Shown here: in pieces, positions 22,333 through 35,253 of the stretch | Layout of the letters: every line of letters begins with the position of its first letter | How positions within the stretch are numbered: position 1 is the stretch's first letter | NCBI GenBank assembly: GCA_008632985.1 | Contig: QPGO01000199.1 | Location: 62,001-126,000, forward strand | Direction of reading: 5' to 3' | DNA: 64,000 bases | DNA from: Psammoneis japonica | Lineage: Eukaryota | Notes under the pieces: model-generated | Database searches by the model: none | Told to the model about the DNA's origin: nothing | Seen by the model: only the letters and a program-made list of their open reading frames with translations | Program-made: the position numbers and the translations under genes

Positions 22333-24419
22333 ATTGGGTCGAATGACGGGCCCGTAGACTAGCAGGAGATGCCGATTCAATGACGAAAAAATGTTGCTAC
22401 ACAACCGTAAGTTCCATTGCTATGTACGTTAGTGATAAATCTGTTTGTGATGTGCTATCTAGTTCGAATCGTTGTCATCACTGTCGTTGCCTTCGTCTTC
22501 CTCAAGATCAAACAGATCCACAGTGCCTTTCTTTTGTTGTAAACACACCTCCAATCCGACGTGAGTCACTCATCTTCGTTCTTCCTGTTTTCGACGACGA
22601 ATGACTATCGGTAGCTGCGATTCCAAATCGACTGTTTGCAGATGTCGCGCTGTGTATGTGTACATGTATAAAACGAGAGCAACAAGGTGTGAGGATTTGC
22701 TGCACGCTGGTAGAAGTTACAATACATACCATAGGTTGAACTTACTCGTGGCAAACACCGTCCATCATCGACTGTGGAGTCGTCACCTTTTTCTTGTATG
22801 GGCATGGGCTGAACGTTGACCACGCCGTGTGCATCCGACCAGTCGGACACCAATGTACCGCCCAAGATTTCTTTCTGCTATGATGGACTGGGAGCACTTG
22901 GAACACAGACACAACCGCAACTCCGTGGATACTGTTTCGTCAATGTTGCGGTGCACCAAAAGGGTCCTCTTTACCAGAACCACTATCCGAACCTGACGAC
23001 AGAGAGCTCTTGACGTCATCCCCACAATTACAGATTTCCTAGACGTGGCAGTTTAGATAGAGGTAGGCCGAAGCGACTCTTAAGGTAGTAGTCCATGGTA
23101 GCTTCTTCGATACATGCTCTCCGCTGGCACTGTCTAACTAAGCGGAGTACAAACAAGTCGGATAGAATCGCTTTGTCCCAAAGACTTGTGACACCGATTG
23201 CAATAATAGCAGCCCAATGACGGCTTAGCGAAAGAGCCTTGTCGGTACTATTATTGAGAAGGTGTGGAAAGAAGAATCCAGTCTATCGTCCGTTTGAGCG
23301 GCCACGTCGTTTTCGATTCCGATTCTTGTGGGGATCACAACAGCGCCACTTGCCGATGGCAAATTGAAACAAATTCATGTCACAGACTCTGTAACCACAA
23401 ACTCTGTAAGAGAACGCCTGGGCTGTTCAAGGACTTCATCGGCAAGGCGATGTACACTGCTAGCCGCGTTAACGATTGTGGGCGTTTCAATCTGAGATTT
23501 CTCTTGGCCTCCTGTGACTAAAACAAATGAGATCAGTAAAGCTCGTGTGAGCTACAACCAAGCTTAACAGCAACCACTCTTACAAACGACAGACCCGCAA
23601 CACAAGCTCACAGTTCAAAAATCTTCCTCGGCTGAATTTGGAGAACGGGGACGCAGTGCATGAGAACAGTCGCCAAGCTTCTAGAAAAAGTGCTCCTAAT
23701 TTTGGAGCCGCACCACAAACGCAAAAAAGTGTTGTTAGACACATTGTTGCATTGATGGCTTGGTTCGCTCACCAACAGTGGCAATCCCAACAAAGATTCA
23801 GTGATGCTTGCGCTGGTGCTTTCTTCCCCAAAGCACTCTGCGCTTGTTGAAAATGGTCAGCGGCACATGCCTTTTTTTGGAGTTTCCTCACAAGGCCAAG
23901 TCCTTCAATGCACCCTTGGCCTTGAAATATGACGCAACTGGCCTCAGCAATGTCATCAAATCTCTCAAACCGAAGTGGAAATCTGCCAGGAGGGCAATCC
24001 AAAATTGAGTCGTCACCAAGAGTGCATCACTGGTGCATGCCAACTCCTCAACAGCCTTGGGTTTCTTCATGTCAGTGGCCAGAGCCTTGCTGCATGTGTC
24101 TCCAACACGGCAAACAAAAAAAAAAGCTTGGGATTCTGCTTCAGCAACCACACTGCAGAGTGAGTGCTCCAATTGCCACACCAGCCAATCATTCACTTGA
24201 ACAATCCCCCAGAGAATTGATTCATGGCAGCAGATGATGCAGGCACATCATTGACACTCTGACCAGTGTGAGCTGAAACAAAACCTGGTGCACATGATCT
24301 TGTTTCACTGTGCACCTTTCAAGCACCAGTGGCTGAATGAGGCTCAGCAATTGTGCATCATCAAGTGGATGAAACACTGCCCACAGGGATGCCATGCAAT
24401 CTTGTCTGATCATTTTTGA

Positions 24420-25230
24420 GTGGCTTGCACATGCTTTGCAATTTTGCAATGTGGACAATTTGACAGTGATGTCAGTGGGCACAAAGCACAGGCATGTGCA
24501 TGGACATCCTGCTTGTCATCACAAAAGGCACGTTGGATGACCACATCAAGAAGGTGGGCGCCATGCTTCCTTGAGAAGCTTGAAGACACTGGACTTCAGG
24601 TCAGCACCTCAACATTGCTGTTCTGTGGAGTGGGCTTGTTCTTTGACTCTCAAGAAAAAAGGTTGAGAAATGTTGCCAGGCCAAAAAACAAGAAAGAACT
24701 TTGGTCATTCAGTGGCACAGTGAGCTCCTGCTGAGATGCATGGTTGCGCAGATTGAACATTTTGGCACCCCTTGCAAGATTTGCAGGCTGGGCCATGAAA
24801 TGGGAGGTGACTTCAGGCCATTGAAAGAGAAGTGCTTCTAAACTGTCAAGTGAGCAAAACATCAGAAGAGACACTTCTTGCATCTGGGTTTTGACAAACT
24901 GTTTGAAATCTTTGCCATTGGCTGCATTCAAACACACAACCCACAGCAGCAACATCTCAAAACAAAAACCTGTTACACTTTGCAGCAACAGACAGCTGAG
25001 CAGTGCTCAGCTGACTTGTGCAACAGCAGAGCAAGAATCATTTGCAATTTTGACACTCTGAAAAGTTCAGATCCACTTTCTGCAGCTGTGGTTGTTGCAC
25101 CATTGTGCACACAGATCACAAAAACTTCATGTGCAGAGCACTCAAAGCTTGGCATGAAAAGAATGCAGGCCTGAGCTGAGATGTGTAATTCCATCCCAAT
25201 TTAATTGCAGGCTGCTGTCTCAGCCATCTC
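24420..25230 (+). mobile_element. Heavily decayed gypsy pol relic (RT/RNase H/integrase remnants)
   Basis: ILLVITKGTLDDHIKKVGAML, PKNKKELWSFSGTVSSC*DAW.RR..ILAPL and HLGFDKLFEIF match the typical gypsy motifs YxDDLLxITKGT..DHL, P..K.ELRSFLG.VNYY and YPDF..PFEI. Confidence 0.65.
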
Positions 25231-25609
25231 AACCCAAGCCAGGCCAATTTTTGACTCTAAAAAATGTTGTCCAACAGTTGCAAAAACACACCTGAAGTGC
25301 ATGATCTTAACAAGGCCTTTGCAAATGAAGCAAGGGAGATTGCAATGACTCCCACCAGGTTCAACAAAAGCCAACTCAAACAGCCAAAAAATGGTCACCT
25401 GTTGCAAGACAGTTGCATTTTGCATGACTGTTCTGCACAGAAATTCTGTGAAGGAGAAATGAGAAAATGTCCAACAGACAGCTGGTTTGTTGATGAAACA
25501 AAATTTGAGTCACAAAATCAATCTCCTGTGTGAGAAGCTTCTGGTGAAAAAATGTGGCAGAGATTGTCCCTTTGAAAGCCTTTTGCATTTTTCAGAGATG
25601 TCATTGTCA

Positions 25610-27000
25610 GAAAAACCTCTGGTGGAAAAGTGTGAGTCAACAGAAAAAGTCACTTTTGCCAATGTTTTTGCACTTGCAACTTGAGCACATTCTTCCTTCA
25701 TGTCCCAAAAAATGACCTCAAAGGGGCAAGCACAGTTTGGGTGGCTTGCTTGACTGCAGTTGTGGCGGAAAAGCTGAGTTGGGGCAGGAGGCCAAGAAAC
25801 CTGGTGGCAAAGTGTCAGCCAGGAGAAACAAAGTCACTTCCACCACACATTGTCTGCACTCTCAGCATCTGAGTGCACTCTCCATGTCCCAAGAAACAAG
25901 CTCAAAGGGTTGATCATAGACTGGGTGGTTTGTTTGGCTGTGCTGCAGCTGTGGCGGCAGAGCAGCCTCTGGTGGGTGGGCAGATGTGCAGCTGGAGGCA
26001 AAGTGTCAAACCACAGAAAAAGTCACTTCTGCAAACATGTTTGCAGTTTTGGCTTCTGAGCACACTCCTTGTGTCCCAAGAAACATGCACAGAGGGTTGG
26101 GCACAGCTTGGGTGGCTTGCTCAGCTGCAACTGTGGTGGCAGTGTGAAATCTGGGCAGCAGGCAGAAAAGCAGTGTGTGGTGGGAAAGTGCCAGTTGGCA
26201 GAAAAAGTCACTTCTGCCACATTGTTTGCATTTTCATCTTTTGAGCACACTTTTCCTGTCCAGAAGCATCTTGTCAAACAGTTGAGCACAGTTTGGGTGG
26301 CTTTGGTTGGCTGCAGTTGTGGTGGCAGAGCAGCCTCTGGGTGGGCAGAAACTGCTTGAGGGCAAGTGTCAAACCACAGAAAAGTCACTTGTGCCAATGC
26401 ATTTGCAGCCAAGGATTCTGAGCACACTCTTCATTTCCCAAGAAACAACTGCAAAGAATTCAGCACAGTTTGTGGGGCTTGCCTGACTGCAGCCATGGCA
26501 ACAAAGCAAAGTTTCAGCAGCAGGCAGAGAAGTCTGGTGTGTTGAACCTCAAAGGGTCAAGCAAAGATTGCGTGGCCTTGTTTGACTCCAATGGTGGCAG
26601 CACAGCAAAATCTGGGCAGCAGACAAAGACAAAGAAGGGTGGCAGCAAAATGTCAGTTGGCAGAAAACATCACTTCTCCCAAATTGTTTTCACTTCCAGC
26701 ATCTGAGCACACTCTTCATGTCCAAAGGCATCTTCTGAAATGGTTGAGCACCATTTGGGTGGCTTGCTTGATTGCAGCTGTGATGGCAGAGCAGCCTCTG
26801 GGTGGGCAGAAACCCTTGCAGGCAAAGTGTCAAACCTCAGGAAAAGTCACAACTGCCAATGAATTTGCAGTCTTGGCTTCTGAGCACTCTTCCAAAAAAT
26901 TGCTTTTGCCAAACTTTCTGCACTCTCAGCCACTGCTGAGCACACTCTTCATGTGCCAAGAAACATCATAAAATGGTTGAGCACAGCTTTGGTGGCTTGC
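25610..27000. repeat. Degenerate tandem repeat, unit about 185 bp, about 7 copies
   Basis: Recurrent ggcaaagtgtca..cagaaaa(a)gtcactt..ctgagcacactct..tgtcccaagaaac..gcacagtttgggtggcttg near 25620, 25805, 25995, 26180, 26360, 26645 and 26820. Confidence 0.8.
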
Positions 27001-28978
27001 TTGATGAACACGCCAAGGCTTGCTGCTGTGCATTGCAGCTTCATTCTTGGACTGGGGTGCACTGGGCACTGGAGTGTTGGCATTCTTTCCTCAGGTTTTC
27101 CTGCTTTTGAATTCATCATCTTGAACAAAGGCTCGGGCGAATCGAGTGAGACATGGCAAAAGATGTGTTGCATGTCATTTTTTGCATGATGTGGAGTGGG
27201 CGACAAATCAAGATCGTCGCAGCGATGTGGCAGAATGTTTTGGAAAGTCCACCAAAATGAGCTGTGACAAGTGTTGTCACACAATTGGATTGTCAGACAT
27301 GAGCACTTCCCAGTTTGTTTTGTGAGCACAACAGCTCTTGCTCCTGCAACCTCTGTCGGTTTCATGATTTGATTTCACAGGTTCTTGAATGCACTGAAAA
27401 AGCTTCAGGCCCACAGACCAACCACCATTTGTGTGCATCAAACATTGCCAAACATGAACATTTAATCCTGCTTGCTTGACACAGAATGTCATCTCAAGAC
27501 ACTGCTGTTGATGAACTCAAAAGGCTTTCATTGACATTCTCAAGGGCTTTCTCCACAGGGGCTCTGTTCTGCCAACTCCAAAAGGGCAGAGAAGACCAGC
27601 CACCACCTGCCATTCCAAGAGGAAATCCCATGGCTTTGGCAGCTGCAGAAAGCAGGCCACCAAAGTTGTTTGTTCTGGGGCTGGCTGCAATGACTGCAGT
27701 CAACACAAGAGTGATGTCAATTTTTTCTTCTGCCACTTTGAGACTCTTTGATTCATCATCTGCATTTCTGTGAGACAGAAGTTCACCACAGCATCTGCCT
27801 TTGTTGGGCACCAACTTTCTCTTTGTGCTGTGTTCATGACTCTCCACTGATGCTGTCACAAAAATGTGCACACAAAGGACCTTCAACTGGAGCACCAAGC
27901 ACCTGCAATTTGTGCTGCAGTGCAACAAATCAATTCCTTGGCAATTCACATGGCAACCAAGAACTCATCCCCCCCAAAAGCAGCTGATGGCTGCTTCCCT
28001 CTCTGCAAATTTTGCTGCCACATTGGCTGAGAGCCAAAAATGACAGGAGAGCACTCTGCACAAAAGCCAACATGGCTTCAGAAGCTTTTTTGTGTTGAAA
28101 CAGTGGCTGCAAGCTCTGGTGGCTGTTGCAACAAATCTCAGGGCTAAAATGCACATGGGGACACTTGCAAATGTTGAAAGCCCGGCTCTGCACCTGCTGG
28201 GGTTGGAGCAGGCCAGTTGGTGCTCCGAGCTGATGGCTGCTGGCTGGCCCACTTCTCTGGTGGTGGCTGGCTGGCCAGCAGTGTGCAGCCCTCACTTGGG
28301 GGTGTCAAGCTGAGTGCAACAAAGAGCTTGCTTAAGGCATTGGCATGTCATGGTGGAATGCACCCAGCTCTGCAACATTTTGTCTTGCCTTGCTGCTGAC
28401 AGAGGCAACAGTGATCACCAGAAAGAGGAGCACGGGCAGCTCGGACAAAAGAAGCAGCAAGGAAGCCAGCGGTGGTTTGTTGCCAGCACAGGCAACAATG
28501 AATTGAGAGGCATCAATTTTTCAGCACCTTTGGACAGGAGCAACAGATGTGTTTGACTGCAGATGCTTTGGAAGAAACAACAAGAGGCAGAGTTGTTGCC
28601 AGTGCGCGGAGCCTCGACGGGGACGATGGGGCGGTTCGTTCGGCACTGTAGCACGAATCGCGTGCGACGTTCCCTGTGCACTTTTTACGTACGAGAGAAT
28701 CAACGTGTTGTGTTTGTGCAGTGCGAAAAGCGTGGACGTGCAAAAAACTGCGCTCCATCTGTCACTTGCTTGTTGCTGCTTGTCTCTGCTTCAGCGGCTT
28801 CGGGTGCCTGGCTCTAGGAGCAGTGTTGTGTGTTGTTGCTGTCTGCTGTTGCTGCTGCTGTTGCTGAAACCAACCCATCATCATCGAAACAAACCAAGCC
28901 ACGTCTTCTAAAGATCGAAACTTTCAAAAGCAAGCCTTGTTGCAAAAAAAAAAAGCCGTTTGAGCAGTTTGATTGAAT

Positions 28979-29232
28979 TGTGACTATTGACGTCTATTTA
29001 TGCCTCGCGACATCTACGACATTCGATTATCAATATTCGATTTCTATGGCCCCAAATTGTTTACACGTACGGCCCCCAAATTGTTGAAGACATCTCAAAC
29101 ACTTATTGGAAAACACTTATTGAGACGTTCGTCTTCTCACCTTTTCAAAATTCAAAGTAATCACAATTAGTTTATCTGTGTTCATCACAAGGCTAGTTGT
29201 CGACTTAGTTCTAATTAAACTATTAGCTCACA
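28979..29232 (+). repeat. 5' LTR of copia element
   Basis: No differences from 34896-35149 found by eye. Confidence 0.95.
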
Positions 29233-29350
29233 CGCTTCCTCTGCGATAAAGTGTTCTTAATCGAACCAGCAACGTTCTCTCCGAACCAACAAGATACGCC
29301 GTTTAACAAGAGGAGCACAAAGACGTGCTCAGGAACTTCAAGACCTCATT

Positions 29351-30692
29351 ATGGCGGACGCTGACGCGCTCGCTAACGCCATCGCACAAGCTGTCCAGGC
29401 GGCTGTCCAGCCGATTGTGAACAACATGCCTGCACCACCAGCAGCAGCTGCTCCAGGACCTTTCGCCAAGTCACCAGCGCTGGCCCGTGCAGACGTTTTG
29501 GACTACACCAAGAAAGGTGACGCGCTCGTTTTCGCAGACGCGACCAAGCCGTTGGACACCCAGTTCAGTCTTGAATCGCCCAACATCCCAGTCTTCCTAG
29601 AAGAACTCGCGGTCCGTTCTAAACCAATGGTTGGAACGACATTCTCACGATCAACATCAACCATGGCGCAGTTCCTGCTTTGCCAGCCGAGAACAAGGAC
29701 ATGCTCACCGAGTATGGACAAATCTCAGCTGAGCAGATTCGCACGGTATCCGCTACATACCTCAATCTGGCGCAACGCAACGCGCAGAATAACTACCAAC
29801 TCCTCGTATGTCTCCAGAGCACCCTAGACGAGCCCTCCAAGACCATCATGGCAACGGAAGAAAAGGCTGAGTACACTGTTGGAGACGAAGAATGCGGTGT
29901 AGCCTACCTCAAGGCACTTCTATCAAAGGCTCAAGTCGACACAAGGGCTACTGTCTCGGTAATCCGTGACCAAATGGGCAATCTAGACGCTTACATGGCT
30001 ACAATTGACGGTCAAAACATCAAGACTTTCAACAACCACGTCAAATCTTTGGAAAAGAAACTTGCTGCTCGCGGCCACACTAGTTCCGATCTGCTGAACA
30101 ACGTGTTCAAGGCTTACCTCACGTGCACCGACTCAGAATTCATCGAGTCCATCAAGAAGTACAAGAGCGACTATGAAGATGGATCAGATCTCGATGTACA
30201 TGCTCTCATGCTCAAGGCTGAAAACAAGTACAAGATCCTTATCGAATCTGAAAGTGGATGGCACCAACCAAAGAGCAAGAGACCATCGTAGCGCTACAAG
30301 CCGAAGTCAAGACCCTTCGTGACACCAAAGCTCGCAACGCTCCACGCTCTACTGGCAACAGCAACAAAACCACTCAGAGCTCCACCAAGGGCAACAAAAC
30401 GAAAGAATCGGGTTCCAACAATAACAACAGGCGCCAGAGGTTCAAGATCCTATCCAACGGATGCAAGAAATGCCTCTTCTACGGAAAACATGCCTGGCGC
30501 AACGCAGCTCCTAAAGACGGACAACCGCACACCAAGACGGTTGAGGGTAAAACATTCAAATGGTGCAAGAACCACGAGTATTGGTCCGCTCACCTTACCA
30601 AGGACTGCTCCACCGTCAAGGACAAGGCCGAATCAGACCTAACTGCCTCCATGGCAAATGTTGGCGTACAAGACGTATCAGAACAAGAATGA
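29351..30692 (+). CDS. Copia gag (two frameshifts, near 29625 and 30255)
   Basis: ORF pieces 29351-29827, 29680-30291 and 30258-30692. C-terminal WCKNH..W..H....C knuckle-like motif. Confidence 0.8.
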
Positions 30693-33600
30693 GTGTTCGC
30701 CAACACTGCATTACGAGTCAAGTTGTACTTACGGTTGTGGCTGTTCTGCGGTGTATGCTCAGTCTTCCTACCATTCTTCTGCGCACTCAACATGATCTAC
30801 TGCGCTATGGTGGAACTGCTGAACTGGCTCTACTCCTTTCCACTCCTGCGTTCCTGGTTACGACGAATGACGGAATATCTCCTGAGAAGTCGTAGACCAC
30901 CAAGGAAACCAAACTATCTCAAGACCAACATGCGTTATATCCGACGAAAACGCCGACACTTCATTATGTGCAACAAAGCCACTTACCGACTAATGGGTCT
31001 CAAGTCGCAGCACGCCTCATGCCATACCGCATCCTGCTCCCATGGCTGTAACTGCGACGGTCACCGCGATCACAACTTCGACACAGACTCGTTCAACATC
31101 GGAGTTGATAACCATGCCTCCTACTGCATGACGAATAACAAAGACGACTTCATTGAACCACCAACAAAGGTCAACGTTGTCGTGGAAGCTGCCAGTGGTA
31201 ACGCCAAATCGACCTTCAAGGGCAAAGTTAAATGGAAGGTTGAAGACGACGATGGCTTACTTCATGAATTTATCATACCGAACACGTACTACGTACCTAC
31301 GCTTCCAATTCGTCTTCTCTCGCCACAACACTTGGCACAAGTACTCGCACCAATTTCCAACAATCCGGATGGTACTTATGAAAAGACACTTCACGATCGA
31401 ACGATACTTCGATGGCAAGACGAGAAATACTCTCGCACTATGCCGCTCTCCAAGGCAAACGTACCAGTCTTCCGCTCCGCTCCATCCTATGACAAGCACA
31501 ACGAATTTGAGCGTGAGTACAACTCGCAAGCACGAGAACCTAAAGTATTTCAAAATGTACACATCATCGAACCCGAACCTGAAGACTTACCTGAAGAACA
31601 GACCACTGCACCAACTGCACGTCACACGTTCAACGAGGCCATCGATAACAGCAACTCAACAGCTGCTACAACGCCTACAAACTCAACTACGGCTACACCA
31701 GAAGCCACGACACCCAACACGGTGGACTTCTCGGATATGAACTTTGGCGTTCCAGTCGTCGAGGACCAAACATTCCCAGACGACCTGACTCCTACCAACG
31801 AACTACTACTTTGGCACTACCGACTCGGACACTTGCCATTCTCACGCATTAAACATATGGTTAACTCAGGAGACCTACCCAAGCGCCTCGCTGATTGCCG
31901 CGTACCCGTCTGCGCTGCATGCCGCTATGGTAAGCCACCAAGGTACCATGGCGAACCAAGGGCACACAACAAACCAAAATTTTCAAAGCCACTGCAGCCG
32001 GACAAGTAGTATCTGTCGACCAACTCGACGCCACCACGCCTGGACTAATAGCTCAACTCAAGGGCATACCAACACGTCAACGATATCGCTACGTCACGGT
32101 CTTCGTCGACCACTATAGCGACCTGTCATTCGTATACCTACAAAAATCGATCACCTCAGAAGAAACGCTACACGCCAAAGTTGCTTATGAAGCATTTGCC
32201 CGCTCCCTCGGAGTCCGTATCCAACACTATCACGCCGACAATGGACGATTCGCTGACAACGCATTCATCAAATCGGTACGTCAACAAGGGCAGCATATAA
32301 CCTATTGCGGAGTCAATGCACACTTTCAAAACGGCAGAGCAGAAAAACGCATTAGAGACCTACAAGAGCAAGCGAGAACACAACTTATACACGCTCACCA
32401 TCGCTGGCCAAACGCTATTGATCACCACTTATGGCCATATGCTATACGCTATGCCAACAACGTGCACAATCATACCGCCAGATCTCCTAGAAACGAATCT
32501 CCAATAGAGCTCTTCGCAAACGTGCAAGTCAAACCAAAACTACGACACTTCCACTCTTTTGGATGTCCTGTATATGTATTAAAGAACAAGTTACAGTCAG
32601 GCTCTCATCTACCAAAGTGGGAAACAAGAGCACGAGTGGGCATTTATCTCGGACCTTCACCCAGACACGCCAGATCTGTGGCACTTATCCTTAACCTTGA
32701 AACAGGACTTGCCTCTCCACAATACCATGTCAAATTTGACGACCTATTTGAGACTGTCAAAGGCTCATCCGTCATCCCTCGAAGTGTATGGCAAGAAAAG
32801 TGTCATTACAAGAAACAAGCACGCGTCAGATTCTCTGCAAAAACAACTGATAAGTCAAGACGTAAGGTGACTACAGCTCCTACTCCAGATGTATCGGACT
32901 TACCACCAACTGATATGGACAATACAAATGATACAGGATCATCTCTAAGCCACTCGGATCAAACAGAAACCGCTACTCCAACAAATGAGGGAGGTCCATC
33001 AACAACAAACGAGACTTCTGAAACTTCTGCAGCCGACTCAGGATCGCCAACACCAACGGTCACAACTCGCTCTGGTCGTAAAGTCCAAATGACCCAAAGG
33101 GCCATTGAGTCACAACTTCAACGTGAACAAAATATTGTCTCATACGCTGCAACCACTTATGAAGCTATTGCCCAGGACATGTATCTCATCGACAACGACC
33201 GAAATCAACTAGAAGACCCCATTTTGTACAGCATGAAAGCTTCCAATGACCCGGACACTCTCTACATGCACGAGGCTCTTCGCGAACCAGACGCTCACGA
33301 ATTCAAGAAAGCTATGGTTAAAGAAGTCCAAGACCATACCGATAGGAAACATTGGCGAGTTATTGAAAAGGCTGATGTACCACAGGGTGAGACTATTCTT
33401 CCTGCAATATGGTCTATGAAGCGCAAGCGACGTATCGGCACACGCAAAGTATACAAGTGGAAAAGTCGACTCAACTTGGGAGGACACAAAATGAAGAAAG
33501 GAAAACATTACGAGGAAACCTATGCTCCAACACTTTCTTGGACTATCATCCGTCTATTCCTTATTCTCTCCATCCTCTTCAAATGGAAATCAAGACAAGT

Positions 33601-34873
33601 TGACTTTGTATTGGCATATCCACACGCTGACATTCCAAGGCCCACCTTTATGGAACTACCAAGAGGCATCAACTTTCCTAATCTGGATCGTAACAAGCAT
33701 TGTTTGGAAGTATTGAAAAATATATATGGAGGAAAAGACGCTGGACGAACGTGGTTTATATTCTTACGAAACGTACTACTCGACATTGGTTTTACACAGT
33801 CTTCATTCGACGAATGTGTTTTCTACCGTGGAACAACCACATTCCTAGTTTATACCGACGACGGTCTTATATTCGATCCTTCGGATGCTAAGATTGATCA
33901 ATGTATCAAGGACCTCGGTACACGTACACGTATATCAGATGAAGGCGACATTGGTGACTACCTCGGCGTCAAAATCGAAACGTTGCCGGACGGCTCTTTC
34001 AAACTATACCAACCACAACTTATTGACAGTATTCTCCAAGACCTTGGTCTTATTGGCACTCGCAACAACTCGAATTCAAACAATACCAAAACACACGAGC
34101 TCCCAGCAAGCACTACAAAACTTATCGGACCCGATCCGGATGGTGCACCTTTTCAGGAATCATGGAACTACCGCTCTGTTGTTGGCAAACTGAACTTCTT
34201 AGAAAAATCAACAAGAGGTGACATTGCATATGCTACTCACCAATGCGCCCGCTTCACGTCGAATCCCAAAGCTTCTCACGGCGCTGCCATCAAACACATT
34301 GGAAGATATCTACTGGCCACCCGAAATGAAGGGTACATCATCAAACCAGACGACATATATGGCCTTGATTGCTATGTTGATGCTGATTTTTGTGGCAACT
34401 GGGACAAGGCTATCGCAGCAAACCATCCTGATACAGCTCGCTCTCGCTCTGGTTTTGCTATCAAATTTGCAAACGTGCCCCTATATTGGGCTTCCAAGCT
34501 GCAAACAATGTTTGCTCTCAGCAGTGCAGAATCTGAATACATTGCTCTCTCTACAGCTGCCAGACATGTGAAATCTATCATGTACCTGTTGGAAGAACTC
34601 AAGGAGAGAAACATTAATGTGAAAACGACACCTATCATGCATTGCACGATGTTCGAGGATAACTCCGCCGCACTGGAGATCGCTCGCGTACCCAAAATGC
34701 GCCCACGCACTCGACACTTCAACGTCATACTTCACCACTTTCGCGACGAAGTCGCCAACGGCCGTATCAAAGTTCAACCTATTCGTACTGCCGATCAACA
34801 AGCCGACATCTTCACGAAACAGCTACCTAAGGCGGTTTTCTATAAGCTCCGTCGTTTGCTTTTCGGCTGGTGA
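30693..34873 (+). CDS. Copia pol (protease, GAG-pre-integrase, integrase, RT, RNase H), frameshift near 31935
   Basis: Protease GVDNHASYCMT; WHYRLGH...CAACRYGK; integrase ADNG..F and QNGRAE; RT VDFVLAY, NIYGGKDAGR, LVYTDD; RNase H YVDADF, SSAESEY, EDNSAA, ADIFTK. Domain order PR-IN-RT-RH. Confidence 0.93.
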
Positions 34874-34895
34874 CCCATCTCATCGAATGAGGGAG

Positions 34896-35149
34896 TGTGA
34901 CTATTGACGTCTATTTATGCCTCGCGACATCTACGACATTCGATTATCAATATTCGATTTCTATGGCCCCAAATTGTTTACACGTACGGCCCCCAAATTG
35001 TTGAAGACATCTCAAACACTTATTGGAAAACACTTATTGAGACGTTCGTCTTCTCACCTTTTCAAAATTCAAAGTAATCACAATTAGTTTATCTGTGTTC
35101 ATCACAAGGCTAGTTGTCGACTTAGTTCTAATTAAACTATTAGCTCACA
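34896..35149 (+). repeat. 3' LTR of copia element
   Basis: Direct repeat of 28979-29232. Confidence 0.95.
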
Positions 35150-35253
35150 TGAATGTGTTCTGACGCGTGATTTGCTCGCTACCATAACTTACGCCTACAG
35201 TACCTCTGGCTCAACGCGCAGTATTCCTATTGCGATAGAACTTCAAAAGCAAG

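Larger units (their letters stand above)
23950..28640. other. TpA- and CpG-depleted block 3
   Basis: About 4.7 kb with very few TA and few CG, rich in TG/CA. Contains a gypsy relic and a satellite. Confidence 0.9.
28979..35149 (+). mobile_element. Full-length Ty1/copia (CoDi-like) LTR retrotransposon, recent insertion
   Basis: Identical 254-bp LTRs tgtga...tcaca (28979-29232, 34896-35149), TSD TGAAT (28974-28978, 35150-35154), PPT gaatgagggag before the 3' LTR. Confidence 0.97.

Noticed and set aside
22400..23600. Possible gene between the NAPE-PLD fragment and block 3
   Set aside because: Only short ORFs with no motif I can support.
29600..31950. Programmed frameshifts in the copia element and host genes
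   Set aside because: Isolated indels occur in nearly every gene of the window, often near short homopolymers. Consensus error or decay is more likely.
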